Part shown: positions 24,809 through 40,530 of the stretch, piece after piece
Numbering within the stretch: position 1 is the stretch's first letter
Layout: each line of letters begins with the position of its first letter
DNA from: Octopus vulgaris
Taxonomy: Eukaryota
NCBI GenBank assembly: GCA_951406725.2
Contig: OX597815.1
Coordinates: forward strand, 83,080,001 to 83,144,000
Length of the DNA: 64,000 bases
Reading direction: 5' to 3'
Notes under the pieces: model-generated
The model's input: the letters and a program-made list of their open reading frames with translations, nothing else
What the model was told of the DNA's origin: nothing
Databases searched by the model: none
Translations under genes and position numbers: made by a program

Positions 24809-27800
24809 GATGGATACATTCCTCGTTCTCGAGCATTACATATTGCTTAAAGCATTTTATAATAGCTTCATGTGTGAGTAGGATAGCTGTGACTTTTCAG
24901 GTTCGCGAGTAACTTATACTCCTTGGGCATACATACATACAAACAATCAACACGTGAAACGTTATGAAGTTGACTCAATGTAATGATTTCTTATTATGTC
25001 TGATATTCGATGTAACCGAAAAGCATCGAATTTTCTCTTGGATTACTTCTCTTTCTATACACTGTCATTGATATCACATTTCGTTGTTGGTTTCTCATGC
25101 ACTCCTTCATAGACACATTATATTTTATTATACATATAATAGACCTAACTTTATCATAGAGATACTATTTTGACAGTAACATGGGCTTTCATTTACAGGG
25201 TTTATTCCCGAGGGTAGGAAGTCAGATAGCAAGATACATGGAATCGAAAAAAATAATTAACAAAGTTGGCGATTCTTCTTTTTAATTTTAATTACCGTTT
25301 AAATTGAAATCAGCTCCAATTCAGTACGTGAATAGATCTTTAATGGAAACTTTTCAAGCCTGACTAACTGTCTGCACATGAGAGACTATAGTCTTCACTG
25401 AGCACTTACTTTACGAAGACATATACATTAATACATCTACTCTGAGAAAGTTCATATTTGGGGTAAAGTTATCTTTCCATCAAGCTTCGTTCTTTACGAA
25501 ACGGATGCTGTGCAAGAAAAAGACATAGAAGATAGACCTGTCAAACCGAAACCCTAATTGCATAGCGCAATCCTCTCAATCTTCAACTTTGGACCTGTAT
25601 TTTCTGTGCAAACAGGGTACAAATTATTGCCCTTATCTTCTTGCAGATCTACAGTTTTTAATTTGCAAGCTGGCCGTTAAGGCAGCACCACCAACTACCT
25701 GAATATGACCAGTAACCATTAGGTATATTGGAAATCAGACTAAAAGTTTGGTATTCTGGCTTATTTACATGCTAGTAGAAATACGTTTTTGGTCGTAACT
25801 GCTTTTCATCACCGAATTTCTCTATTTTTGTGAATGTGTATCTGAGTGCGTGTTGGTTTATGTGCATTTCTATGTTTATATATCTTTTTATTGGTCAAAG
25901 TATATACAATGTACACACACGCACAAGCACACACACACTCACATACATGTATACGTGAACAGACACACATATATGTTTGCAAGGATATGAAATAACTTCA
26001 AAACATTCACACAAATCGCAGTGACTTAACAGCATGTTCTCAACTTTTTAAGTGCTTATCTAGTGGCGAAGAGACAGACACATCCTCTCGTGATTCTCAC
26101 TGTGAACCAGCAGAACTTTGAAGATGAGACAGCTGGAGAGCGGGCTGCGTTAAAATTTGGCTGGTAATCATTTTTAGTTAATCAGACAAGTTAAACATAA
26201 AATGAATTGCGTCGTCATCCTAGACAGTCGTAAACAAATTCGACAACCTCTCATAGCGGTAAGAGTAGAGATGTGCCTTTCGCACACAGACGGAATACTC
26301 TCAAGTATTTCATAGGTTGCTATCAACATTTCAGAATAATACACTTCAAATCAGATAATAAGTTCCTACATAGTCAATAACCAATATCTACCTGTACAAT
26401 GTACTCCTTGTAGTTGAAATTGGATAAAGCCAAGTTCAACACAACACATTTGGCAAACTAGACAAAACTGGGCTCATGGCGCTAAAACTTGGATGCTTCT
26501 CAAAACTTCTCAAATTGTAAACAAACTATGATGATCCAATAGAAACTGGAGGTCTCAATAATAAACAGGGATCACAACCGGAACACATGACAATAGAGGA
26601 AACAGACTAAAGACAGGAAAAATTAGGACACAAATGTGGGCTTGTTAAATTAAAGTACTACAGGATTTTTGTGCACGAGTAATTATAATTTTTCAACTGT
26701 ATTTTAATGTGGGGCACACAATATGGGACTGAGAGAACAGGAAGCAGTTTGTATGCTTGGTAGGAGAGAAAAAAATTATAGGGATGACAGGAGAAGTATC
26801 ATCTGTAGGATTGGAAAAAGAGGAGTGCATTCTCATATGGGGAGTATATTCGTCAATTTTAAAGCTACAAGGCACACCTTCTAGAAATGAAAGAAGGAAG
26901 AGCGCTTAGGCTGGAAGAAAATGAGCACATTTTAGAAATTGACTGAAAACGGCGTTCAATGTAGATTTCACCCAAGGCGCAGCGTATTCTGGAACCTCAA
27001 GGAATGACGCAGTAGTTAATGTAGTTTTACGTTGAACACGAATAAAAATGAAGATAGATATTTCAAGACAATGATTCATTTGATTTATATTTTGTTATAG
27101 GTCATCCAAATGACATGAGAGCAGCAATTCCTTTGGGAGTTTTGTGAAACCGTATATAAACCCCATAGTTTTCAATATCCACATTTCTCTAGATCAGTTA
27201 AATGCTGTTGCGGGCAAAAAATTTTGCTTTAATTCTCTCTCGACTATTTAAGTTTTGATGACGATGTTGTTTTCTATTGATCTATATTACATTATTGAAA
27301 TCTTGAACCATAACCAATGTTACTCGTTGATACAACAATAGAAGCGATTAAATATTGGGATGCTTCAGCTTGATCTATATAAACTATGAACAACAATAAT
27401 AACCCAATGACACTTACAACTGTCAATTACATAACAATTTCTACATTTTTCAACATACAGCTTAACCGTTCCTAACCACGTTCTGATATTTGCTCAACAC
27501 ACTCACTCGCGCACACATGCACATGTATGTGCACGCGCATATGGATCTAGGTTAGAAACCTGTACTTTCCCTATTGGCAAGAAATCTTGAAATAAACTGA
27601 ATAATGATATACATACATTCATTCATTCATACATACATACATACATACATACATACATGTATATTCATACATATACACCCCTTTTCACGAATTGTTGCTG
27701 TAACAGAACGCTTTAACATTTTGAATAATATTTTGACAAATGATTATTGTAACAATACAAATTAAACTTTTAAAACTATTTTCTCAAATAATAGTTATAA

Positions 27801-28177
27801 CAGAACAATTTCACAAATAATTTTAACATAAAAATAATCTATTTCTAATATAATCGATAAAACAGCACAACTTAAATTTTGAAAGCTATATTCATAAAAT
27901 CTTATTTTTACGGAATGATTTACAATATGAAAAGCTATTTTCCTCCATAATTGTTATAACAGAAAATATATCCATTACACACCATTTTTCATTGCTGAAA
28001 CAAATATGTCTCACAATTCACCGACAACGCTGCGAGTGATACGAAATGAGGTAAACTTCCTTTAAGTGTTCATGAATATAGCCCAGTATCTCGTTCATAC
28101 CTGAGGTATTCTCACTTCGTGTATGATTTATTTAAAAAATAAAGCAAACATATGACTGCTTATATGTTTATATGAAT

Positions 28178-28350
28178 GGTTGCTGTGTTGTAAGGAGTTT
28201 GGTTCCCAACCCACATGGTTCTGGATTCAGTTTCACTGCGTGGCATCTCTGGTAAGTGTCTTCTTACTATAGCCTCTGGGTGTCTAATCCTTCGTTAATG
28301 AATTTTGTAGACGGAACTGAAAGAAGCTCGTTTTGTGTGTATGTGTGTGT

Positions 28351-28380
<30 letters not shown>
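28178..28380 (+). mobile_element. SINE family 3, 5' part
   Basis: ttcccaacccacatggttctggattcagtttcactgcgtggc..gtagacggaactgaaagaagc then (TG)n. Confidence 0.7.
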
Positions 28381-28386
<6 letters not shown>

Positions 28387-28899
28387 TTCAGATGTATCGA
28401 AGCTATTATTAGCACAATTCACGCGATGTAATATTTAGTAGACAAAAACGAACGGATAGTTGAAAACATCACTACAGGTATTTCAAATAGCATTGTTTAT
28501 TACAAACATTATTCCATGTCGTAACTTAGATACCATTACTTAAATTCGCATTTTTGCACAAAAACTCTACTTTACAAGTGTTTTTTGGCAGATGTTATCA
28601 CTTACCAATATATTTGGATAAATATTAGCAGGTGATATCACCTGCCAATATATTTGGTGAAATATTACCTGAAGAAATTAATTATGTAGCAATGCGAAAT
28701 AAATCCATAGATATATTCATATATATGTGTGTGTTTATCTGTATGGAGTTTAGAGGATATAAGTGAGCGAAAATGAAAGTAAACTACAGCTCTAAAAATT
28801 CTTGCTGTTGGGGAAATTGTTTGGATACATTTGACAAGGTAGCCAAATCTAAAGCAAACCAAACGCTCTCAAACTCTGGGACACATAATCTAAATTTAT

Positions 28900-31800
28900 C
28901 TTTATAGAGTGTTTGAGTGTCGGTTTGGTGTCTAGAATGGGATAGCTTACCTTATGGGCAGGTAGATGCTCTTCAACCTTGTTTGGTAATCTACCTAGGA
29001 GAAGAAAATCTCCAAAATGAAACCTGAGACTTTAGAAGCTCCTGGTTTTGTCAATTTTCATGTCACACCGGCGAAAGTCTTCTTGGGGCAATAGGTGGGG
29101 GTAGTGCAGTGCAACCTACAACCACTGAAAATAATTCATCTGCACAGGTACTTCTTGTACACCAACTCTTAGTAAAATCATTGAATTGGTTGGTTGGCTG
29201 AAACCTAAATATGCACTTGTAACTTACACTAAAATGTCTCAAACAGATTCACTAAATGGCAAAAAGGCTTGGGAACGTCAGGGGAACAGGTCTTACTCAG
29301 CAGGTGTTCCATTTTATCACAGGCTGGGCCCGGTCGTCATCCTGTCACTGTGGTCAAACAATCTTCAAGAAAAGTAAAAATATATATCCTTTGAATTTTA
29401 GCTGTTGGAATGTGCGCACACATCTTGATAATTTCAACAAGAGGCCAGAAAAACGTACTGCACTTATTGCACGTAAGCTTAAGAAATATTCCCATGATAT
29501 AGTTGCGCTCTCTAAAACTCTTCTCTCTGGTGAGGGTCAAATAAATGAACCTACTGATGGATATACTGTCTTTTGGAGAGGCCTACCTAAGGGAAGCGTA
29601 CATAATCCGGTGTTAGGTTTGCTATCAAGAATTCATTAGTATCCTCCATTGCAGAGTTTCCAAGTGGAATATATGAATGGACTATGTCATGCCATATTAA
29701 ACTGACAAATGTTAGGTTTCTTACTGTTGTCAGTATTTATGCACCAACAATGTCCCAATCTGATGAAACTGTAGGGCAGTTTTATAATGATCGAACACAA
29801 TTACCGAGAAAAGTATCAATTTCTGACAAGCTGGTCATATTGGGAGATTTCAATGCAAGAGTTGGAAAAGACTACGCTTCATGACCTCTTTATGTCGACA
29901 TGGGATTGGAGTAGCTCCTTTGATGCTTTGTGCTGAGAATAATCTAGTTGTCACGAATACTCTTTTTAAGCAGAAAAATAAATATAAAATCACCTGGATG
30001 CACCCAGATTCTAGGCACTGGTATATTCTGATGAGAAAACGTGATATAAAGACGTTTCTAGTGTTCGGGCCATGAGAGGAGCAGAGAGCTGGACTGACCA
30101 TCGTCTAGTGCGTAGAAGAATAGATTTTTCGATAATGCCTAAAAATCGAAAGTCTGGTCCTAAGATAAACAAAAAGTTAAATGTTGTAAACATTAAATTA
30201 TCAAACAACTTGCAAGAAAGTATCAATCTTGGCCCAAACAATCTATGGTAAGATTTCAAAACAAAGGTATTTCAGGCTGCAAGTTCGTCAGTGGGATTTA
30301 AATCACGTAAGTTCAGTGACTGGTTCTCAAATAGATCAGGAGAAATTTATGATCTACTTATAGAAAAACAAAACTTAGGCAATAAAGTTCTTTCTCGGTC
30401 CTTACACTAAACTTACAGAAAGCTGAAAAGGAAAGTACAAACTGCTCTAAGGAAAATTAAACAGGGATGGTGGAATGATAGAGCAAAAGAGGCACAAGAA
30501 GCAGATGATAGAAATATTGCCAATGGTTTGTACTCTTATGTTAAGGATGTATATGGCCCCAAATTTTCTTCAATAGCTCTTGTGAGAACAGCAAAAGGAC
30601 GTTTCCTTCTGACCTGACTGACACCGTTTCTATTGATAAGCGCTGGGTTGAACATTTTTTGCACTTTTGAATAGACCATCATCCACTGACATGAGGACGA
30701 TAGAGAAATCGAACATCTTCCATTTATAGAAGAGATGACATTTGAACCAAATCTATGACATTTATTTAGCTATGAATAAGCTGAATAACAATACGTCTCC
30801 AGAGTCTGATGGAATCTGTGCAGAAGTCTTGAAATATAGGGGTGACAAAATGTTTGAACTCTTAAATATATTTATTTGTTACTGTTGACGAACTGAGAAA
30901 GTGCCCAAGACTGGATTGATACCATTTTATTCTCCTAGTATAAATCGGCGCCAAAGAATCTGCGTGTTAATTTTCGTGGGATTTCGCTTTTGTCTGTGGT
31001 TGGAAAGGTACTTGCCCGCATTTTGTTAGAACGTTGAAATAACCTCATAGCTCTAAACATAGTGTCTGAGTCTCAGTGTGCTTTTCGTTCCTCCAGGGAC
31101 ACAGCTGATTGTATATTTACAAGAAAAGTGCATTGAACATAATCTTATTCTATACCATTGCTATGTTGATTTGAGCAAAGCATTCGATACTATTAATTGA
31201 AATCCTCAGTGGTTAATACTAAGGAAAATAGGTTACCCAGAAAAATTTGTAAACATCAAGAATGAAAGCTAGAGTTAACTTCGGTGGGAGACTCGGAATC
31301 TTTTGCCGCGGAATATGGAGTAAAGCAAGGAGACCTTGATGCACCCACGCTCTTGTCAATATACTTTGTTGTTGTGTTGTCACATGATTTTCAAAACTCT
31401 GAGGAGGGTATTTACATAAAATATCGAACAACAGGGAATGTTTATAATCTGACGAGATTCAAATTCAAAACGAAGGTCTTTATTTCATTCATTAGAGAAC
31501 TTTCATACGCTGACGATTGCAATCTTGTCAGGCATTCTGAAACAGGTGTACAATCTCTTGTATCTACATTTGACTCAGCTTGTGATGATTTTGACTTGAC
31601 CATCAACTTGAAAAAAACAGTTGTAATACATCAACCTGCGTGTGGTGCTGTTTCAATCCCACTAAACTTTGTGTTAAGGGTAAGTTAGTTGAGGTTGTCG
31701 ATTCGTTCATCTACCTTGAAAGCTCTGTACAAAATGATGGAAATGTTGATACAACTGCATATCCAAAGAGCAGCAAAAGCATTTGGTGGCTTGGAGTCAT

Positions 31801-32718
31801 GCGTTTGGTGTCAGCTACATATACATAAGAATACAAAGCTGGCTCTTTACAAATCATTTATCTTACCATCCCTGTTGTATTCTGGTGAAACATGGACTTG
31901 TTATGAAAGGCATTTTAAATTGTTAGAACAATTCCACCAAAAATGCCTTCATCACGTTTTAAACATCAAATGGAGTTCTTTTAATCCAAACACAAATGGC
32001 CTTGCATCTAAAGGCATCACCTCAATTAAACCTATGATTTTGAGGAACCAAATGAGGGGCTGTGGCCATATTGTTCGAATGGCGGATGAACGCAAGCCGA
32101 AACAGCTGTTTTATGGTGAGCTTGCGGAGGGGAAACGCTTCCAGCGTAAACCTAAAAGAAAGTTTGAAGGTGGTATAAGGACTACTATGAAGTCAATTTG
32201 AATGGATCCAGAAAACATAGAAACCCTTGCTTCTGATCGAGCTGAATGGTGAACAAAAGTGTGGAGTGGAGTGAAAGCAATTGAAGAGGCTAGGATAACG
32301 CATGTAAGATTAAAAAGAGATTTAAGGAAGAATGTTATGATCGAGGGGAATGACAATGACATTTTTGTGTGCACAGTTTGTGACAGACCATGCCTTTCTT
32401 TTGCTGAGCTCAAATATCATTTGCAAACCCATGGTAAACGAACCTCCACCAACTATTCTGCCTATATGTCTGTGCACACTTTTGAATGCAGTGTATGCCA
32501 GGTGGGCAAATCTAACGGAAGCCTCAAAAGACATTTTAAGATCCGTAAAGATCAGAACTTATCTGCAGCTCTTGGTGGTCCAAATCGGACGTGCAATCTG
32601 TGTAGGTGTCTTTTCAGAACATTGTTTAGTTTAAGAAGCCACATCAGCTGCAATGATGGTTCTTAGGTGTAGGTACAGGAGGTGGTCAAAATCTGCAGAA
32701 GGAGCGCACAAACACTAT
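28900..32718 (+). mobile_element. Near full-length, decayed RTE-clade LINE (APE + RT + three C-terminal zinc fingers)
   Basis: APE motifs WNVRT, DIVALS, SIYAPT, LGDFNARVG, ITWMHPDSRHW, WTDHRLV; RT motifs GVKQGD.APTL and YADD; GHIVRMADERKPKQLFYGEL; many stops and frameshifts; ends at (TA)n. Confidence 0.92.
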
Positions 32719-32738
32719 ATATATGTAATGGGGTATAA

Positions 32739-32778
<40 letters not shown>

Positions 32779-35700
32779 GCAAGAGGTTTTATTGAAATGT
32801 CTTAATATAAATCTATTACCGTTAATAACAATTCCAATTCATTGTGATATATTGTGTGACCAACGCATTGATCTGCAAGCATTCTTTTGTGAACACTAAA
32901 GCACAAGAACAAAACAAGTTTCTACAGAAACAATGCCGTGTTCTAAATTTTTACAAACCTTAAATTTGCACATCAGCTATTTCTATGCTTGAGTAAACCA
33001 TAAGCTCTAACGAAATTCCCTTATCACTTTCATTAAAATCTCTTTCAATAACTTTCTGTCAACTTTCACCGTACAATCACATAGGCTCCTCTTAGCCTTC
33101 TATATTCCGTCATCCTACACAATATCTTTCCCTGTCTACCTACACCATTTATGCTTCAATAAGCTCCGCCTCGCCCTAAAACAGAACTTACCATAAACTA
33201 CGTAAAATATAAACACCAAGTAAAGCTTAGAATGACGAAGGCAAGTACAGTATAATTTTAATTTTATTTTATAAATAACTTGGCATAAAACAATCATTAA
33301 CACGCGCGGGCACACATATGCTCAAACACACACACACATACATTTATATGTTATGTATTATAAAATAGATAAAAATTTTAAAACGTTTAATTCAAAAGTT
33401 TCTAACATTTGGTAGAAAAATATAGGGATGATATAGAGTAATAGAACATAAATAAGAATATATAGGAAACATTATGGTCGATTTAGAAAAATAAAATGTA
33501 AATTGTTTTGTTAGATTTAAATGGAAGGGAAGGAAGAAAAAACACTTAAAGTGAAATATCAATTAGTTTGGATAAGCTTGTAAGATTAAGTAAATATTAA
33601 TGTGATACAGTTGGTGCAAAATGAAAAAGTGGGGTAAATACGTTCACTTCTCAAAACGCTAAATAATTAATTAAATGATTAACTTATAGGATAATTAAAC
33701 TAATTAAAATAGTCAATAATTGAAAAGAATTGAAAAATATAATACATTTTTAAAAAATCAGTTAAAAGAAAGAATATAGAAATTAAATGAAATAAAATTT
33801 TAATTTAAAGGCGAAAAATTAAAATTAAGAAATTATGAAATTATAAGCATATAAAAACAATATAAGAACTTTTTTTTAATATTCATGAGAGTATTTTGGT
33901 AGAAAATTTGAAAAACACTCTGGTGCTTATGGCGAAAAGTTTAAAATACAAAATATAGAAATAGTTGAATAGGTTATGAAGGTTAAGCATAATTAATAAA
34001 GAAAATTAATATATTAGCAGAAAAATAAAAGAGAAGAAATTTGTTTAAAATCTATAAGAAAGAAAGGAAGGGACTATATACTGGAATGAAAAGATAAAGG
34101 TGTATAATGTTTAAATATATATTGAGTAGAAATATATAAAAGAGTTTTATTGAACATAGAAATATTAATTTTGGATATGAACATTAATTGTAATAATTAA
34201 TAGGAAGCAGACACATTAAATAACAACACTGCAAAGCGTTTCAAAATCTAAGTTAGTGTTATAGTAGAATAACGAATGCGATTGAGTTAAGGATAGAAAA
34301 TTATATAGCTCTATTACTAGAGCATAAATTTAAATATGACACGCAAAATTTTAGTAGATTAGTTTGGTAGAGTGCGATAAAGAAAGAAAGAGAGAGAGGG
34401 GGTATTGAGCTTAAAACAGTGGCATATTTTTTAAGATTCTAATTTTGTAAACGTAAGCTGCCAGGATTTACATCTGCAGATTGAAATTCTGTCCTTTAGG
34501 ATATTGCCCTTGGTGAAATGAATATCCATGCAATCCACTGTGTACAAATAAATCATTTCTTAACGGTTAAAAGCTTTACTCACACGCTGATGTTCCATTA
34601 GAATATGTAATGTGAATTCAGTGCATGCCAAAAGAGTTTAGTGAGTTAAGTTTTACTCTTGGGCTCCGAGAGTAACTATGTTTATTTCGAAAGTTAAATA
34701 CCTAAATAATATATATTAGGTATTAAATCTTTGTTTACATTTTATGTATTCACCCTATGTTAAATTTAACAATAAAATATTCTAATGTTATAAATTAATT
34801 CGGCATTTCTCTTCATTCTTTTCAATAGTATATCTAAATAATTTTTGCCAAGAAGAAAGAGAAAAGTTAAAAAGAAAGAAACTAACTGCAACTGGAAGCG
34901 ATAGAAACTGCCAAGACTGAGAAACTACTATGTTCAGATGAGAGAACATCAAAACAGATCGAGAAATATTCACCAGGTCATTATCTAGTGGCATTGAGAA
35001 AGAGATGCAGTCAAGGATTAAGGCATCAAAAGTAAAAAGAGAAGAAAGATAATGCTGTAGGAAAAAAAAAAGAAAATAGAAAACACCACAAGAAAAGGCT
35101 AACGAAGGGCGGGATTCGTGCGCATGTTTACACAGTATGTTTCTTTTACGCAGATGCAATCCTAGGTCAAGTGCGGAGCAAGTTTAGATATCTTTCATCT
35201 GCAATTCTCACAAATATTCACCGTTATCTGTTGGGCAATACATTCAGTAGGACATCAACGACTGCATTCTCCTCATATGAAAGAGCAACAATGTTCTCAG
35301 GAAGAGTAGGGTGTTATCGTAGAGCAAATGAATATTGTATTCTAGATAACCTGTCTAGAGATAATAGATAACCCACAGAACTAGTATAACAGTGGTATCA
35401 GAAGAATTGTTGTTTTGGTTTAACACTATGGATATGATGTACATGCACGAAGAAAGACTAAATTTCATGCGTGAAATCATTTAGTATCTTGGAATTCTAT
35501 ACTTCTAGAATTATGCGAAAAATTGTTGTCGAGTGTTGGTTAGATTCAGCTATCAACCTTGCGCACTTCGAAAATTGTTACACTGTTTTTCATTTCGACA
35601 GGAAAAACAAATATTTTCCTTGATGGTAATTTATGGCGCAGATAATACAAAACAGTATATCTTTAACCAAACCTTCATCAATTTCCTGTATCACTTGAAG

Positions 35701-36414
35701 CTAAATGCCGTATTAGGCTGAGATGTTCTACCCAACGAAAGTCGAAATCTGTGTACACATAACACTCTTAAATGCTGTTAAGAATTCCCAGAAAAAGAGG
35801 TCAATTATGCGGAATGAACTGTAAAAGGCGTTCCGGGTTGCTAAATACTTTTCAGGTAACAGTTTCTACTCTGTTCTAAGAGTCTTTCAATATATTGTGA
35901 GTCAAAATTATAGTCTGTTTTATTTTGCGTAATGTTTATAATCGTCATCATTTTCATTGTTAATTAAAAAAAATAATTCTGGGGCCGTAATGTAGCAACA
36001 TATAAACTATTGGGATATATTTATTGCTAACCATTATTTATCTATTATTTAACTTTTTATTTGTATAATTCATACTCATTCCATATCACAAAAATGCAAC
36101 ACATTTTCATGGATATATTATATGAGCAATAAATTTTCATAGAATTATCGAATTAATATAATAGAGTGTCTTAGATATTTTCTTACAATTTACCCATGAG
36201 ATTTATGTGGAATGAATTCTACATGTAGGGAAAACAAAAAATGTCGGAATTGGTATGTTACACCCTTTTCGAAAGTTGAAATATAAGACATTGGTTTAGT
36301 GAGGCATGCAAATGTCTAGACAGCGTTCGTTCTTGTGACTGATCTGACTATTTCTTAAAAAACAACGGCAACGAAAATATAAATAAGGACACACACATAC
36401 ACACATACACACAC

Positions 36415-36451
<37 letters not shown>

Positions 36452-37169
36452 AAGAAAAGCATACATTTATAAATACATATATACACGCGCGCACGCAAGA
36501 ACACACACAAACACACACACACGCATAACAGCTTTTTTCACTCCAATGTATTATTTCTTTCAATTTTTTTTCACTATGTAAGATATCTATTGGTATATAT
36601 TTTACAACATTTTGCACTATATGATATAGGTGCGCGCACCTGTGCGTGTATGCATATGGTGCGGTGGTGGCGGCGGAGAGAGGGTATATACAAGTATATA
36701 AATTATTGTGTACAGCCTTATATTTGGGGATAAATAAGGATGTATCTTGGGTTTACGGGTATTATATCTTTTTTAATACCCATAGAGTTTTTAATACCAA
36801 AGAGTTTAATACCATAGAGTTTTAGCCGTACTGCAAAAATTATATAATGTTCAAATCTGTAATCAGGAAAAGACGATCGAAGTGCCTTTCTTTTCTGTAT
36901 AATCGAACTTGCATTTCTGTATTCATTAATCAAACAAGCATTTCTTTAACTATTTAATCAAAAGTCAGTTACTTCTTTTCCAAACCAGAGACATAATTGT
37001 AGATTATGCTTACACATTCATGTACGTGCACATATCTGCAACAGTTCAAGTATACCCAAATACAGATTCACATACGCATGTATAGATGTTAAAGGATATC
37101 ATGTAAAGATTCAAGGACAAGTACTATACATATCAACGCAAAGATGCAACATATATATGTATGTAAATG

Positions 37170-37215
<46 letters not shown>

Positions 37216-40200
37216 TGCATATATATATTTATGTGTGTGTGTGTGTGTGTGCATATATATGTGTGTGTGTGCGTATATCTTGTGCTATTTTATATTGTAT
37301 TAACTTCTTTATTCCCTTTCAACTTTTTTTATAATTCTATATACACACACACATACACACACACACACGTATATATACATACACACGTAAAAATACACGC
37401 AACAAAGAGCACACAAAACTCGATACACATCTTCACGTTCACCCACACATATACACACGCAAACACACATATACACACGTATGTACACATACACACCCAC
37501 GCACATGTACGCACACACACAACACACTCATACAGACACACATTCTGTTTGCATTCATCCATGTTCCATTGCCGATGTGAATTTCATATATTATAATTAA
37601 GTGAGTAATGAAAATGCAGATGTTAAGTGGATGTATAAGATTATGAAAACTGAGCAATCAATTCCGAAAAAGATTTACGTGTACATAGTTGTTGATATTT
37701 AGCCTCATTCAATCCTGTTCATTAGCTCCGTCATTCCATTTCAAATATGAAAAGGTGTGTTCTTACGAACATTTGGCTGTTATTTCTTCCTTGAGGATTA
37801 ACAACATAATAGCAGTCTCATTAGCTGGTGTTCATATAATTTATGTCATTCATTTCAATAACTCCGTTTCTAATCCAAAGTGAAGTGCTAGAAATAATCG
37901 TAACATGTCCAACAATATATACCATTTCGTCATTTTAGAATAGGATGACAGCGAATGGAAAACAGTCATAGGTCTACACAGTGAGAACTAGCCTAAGTTT
38001 AAGCAACAGTAACAATGGCATCAACAGCAACAACAATCATTTATAAATCCTTTCCTACTTTTAGTGTTAGTATGTTAGAATGTTGTTTTCAATCTCTCAC
38101 TTATACATATCACATATAGCCATATATATAATTAGATATCTCGTTAGTTAAATATAAAATTCGATAGTGACATAATTTGATATATAAATTAAATAAACGG
38201 TAATTGTTGTGTCAAGTGGTGTAGAGCTGATTTACCGAGTCAGTATCAATTCCAGTTCAGCTAAATTTACTTCCCATCTCTAATTAAATTTCTAGAGAAA
38301 TATATATGTGTAACAAACATTCCGATTTTTGACTTTATAACACTTGTGTCAAGTTACATGAATGCAATATTCTGGCAATATTGACATGAATATATATGGT
38401 TACAGCAATAAAAGCAACTAGAAATCTCCGAATATTGGATTCTGTTGACTCGGCACACGAATATTATTATATTTTATTATGTAGAAAATAAATTGGAATT
38501 CGGATTACAGATATGCCTTTTATAAGAGATAAACCAGCATAAGCGAAATAAAATTATTTGCTCTCGGAGTCGAAACTACTCAATAACTCGTTGCTTTTGC
38601 TATTGTTTAACACCTGGTCATTCCAAATCAAGCGGACCTTTGATAGCATTAGTTAATATATCCTTGGTTTTACGTGATGATATACTCTAATTTGAGAGAA
38701 ATATGGTTGCTATTTGTTTCAAGTTGAGTAAATACGTAGAGAGCTTCTTAACATGCCTATGACGCGTCTCCTCTCTAGATTATCTTTTTCTTCTGTATTT
38801 TCAAAAGTCAATATACTATCAGGAACATATGTGCACTTACTATATTTCATGAAATGAAAGATACACATACACATGCCCAGGCCTACACACTCACCCACAC
38901 ATTATACCTGTTTCAAACCATATAGACTTAACGTTACTGTCGTCGGATATAGATGCTTAGTCTGTCAGGAGAACGTATATTAGTAATAGGATGTGACCAG
39001 GTTTTGCATTGTAAATTAACGGGCTTTCGTCTTTACATCTTCACTTCAGCCACTGCATCATCGTTATGTTTGGACATGTATTTCATTGGTGTAGAGCATC
39101 GTGCTGGGAACACATGATTTGAACGTCATATTTTGCCAATTTGTTGTTTGTACATTTCTAGTTGTTAAGTATGTTTTGGGTATCCTTCAATTTTAAGCAA
39201 CCTAAACTTTACTTTGTTGCTGTTAATCTCCAATTAAATTGTTGTGTGCCATTGAGTAACACACCATAGCAATCACTAGATGATACAGCTTGTTAAAAGA
39301 GCAAATTCTCATCGCACAAGATTGTCTAAATCTAAGTGTACTGCATCCGATAACTGAGACCCTCCGCTGCAGTAGTGTCATCTTGATGGGATGTTGTATG
39401 GAAATATATCAGACAAGCAACCACGACAATCAATTAGATGTCCCATGTTATATCCTTCAAACAACAAAATGTGTTCAAGAAACAAGGGTTTTACGTAGAC
39501 GAGTTAACTTTGCTAACTCTTACAGTTGGTAAGATTTTCTCTCTCATTCAAGTGCATTCACCACATATATCTTCCCAAGGCATAACTTAATGAGTAATGA
39601 AAAATGCCACTTTACTTTTCCGAACATACACTACATTTGTCACATACAGTACATTGGTGATTGGATCAGTTACGGGATTACGATGAAGCCAGATAAATAC
39701 AACTCATAAGAATCTCCAATATTCTACAGAAGAAACGTAATTTTCAAGTTGATGTAAGAATGTTGCAAAATAGAAGTATAAATTGGTCAGTAATAGACTA
39801 GGCTATTCTTGATACACATGTTCCATGCTATGCCTGCTGCGGAAGGCAGAAAAAAATAATAATGCTACGCAACAAATATGTTTGCTTGCTCAGCATAAGG
39901 CGTGATATCATGTCACAGTGCAGACAACACCAGAATAAACTTAGCTTTACAAAAATGCTTCAAACTACAAGAATAGATAGCATCCGATTACACATGAATG
40001 GCAGAACTTCCTGTGGAGAAGCAACGAATAAATTCCAAAGAAATAACCAACTATATTATTTCTCGAAAAAGAATGAAGCTTTAGTGTTGTCAACTATAAA
40101 ATACAACGACAAAATAGTTTATCCTACACTTTGTACTTGTCTGCAACCCTCACTAGACAACCGCTATAAAAAATATAAATAAAAAAAATTAAATAATTAA

Positions 40201-40375
40201 ATAAAATAATAATTTTTTAAAATTTTAACTTTAATTTAAATATTTTAATTGGATTTTTATATTTTATATTTTATATTTTTTATACATTTTTTAATTAATT
40301 TTATTTCTATGTATTGGCTTATGATTTTCACTGTTTGATTTGCCTAATAGTGGTTTTATCTCTAATTTAATATTA

Positions 40376-40380
40376 TATAC

Positions 40381-40449
<69 letters not shown>

Positions 40450-40470
40450 CATATATATACATATATATAC

Positions 40471-40517
<47 letters not shown>

Positions 40518-40527
40518 CATACATATA
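40376..40527. repeat. (TA)n/(TACA)n microsatellite
   Basis: Direct inspection. Confidence 0.95.
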
Positions 40528-40530
40528 TAA

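Noticed and set aside
25440-26890. Higher-complexity patches that look like decayed coding sequence
   Set aside because: No motif recognised in any frame I read
28628-28645. Perfect 18-bp palindrome gcaggtgatatcacctgc within a 2x40-bp tandem repeat
   Set aside because: Isolated, with no context supporting a regulatory role
28900-29250. HDV-like ribozyme in the RTE 5' UTR
   Set aside because: Known from some RTE families, but I could not identify the nested double pseudoknot by eye in this decayed copy
35141-35371. Acceptor-like tttcttttacgcag followed by a ~70-codon open frame
   Set aside because: No recognisable homology or partner exon; expected by chance in 64 kb
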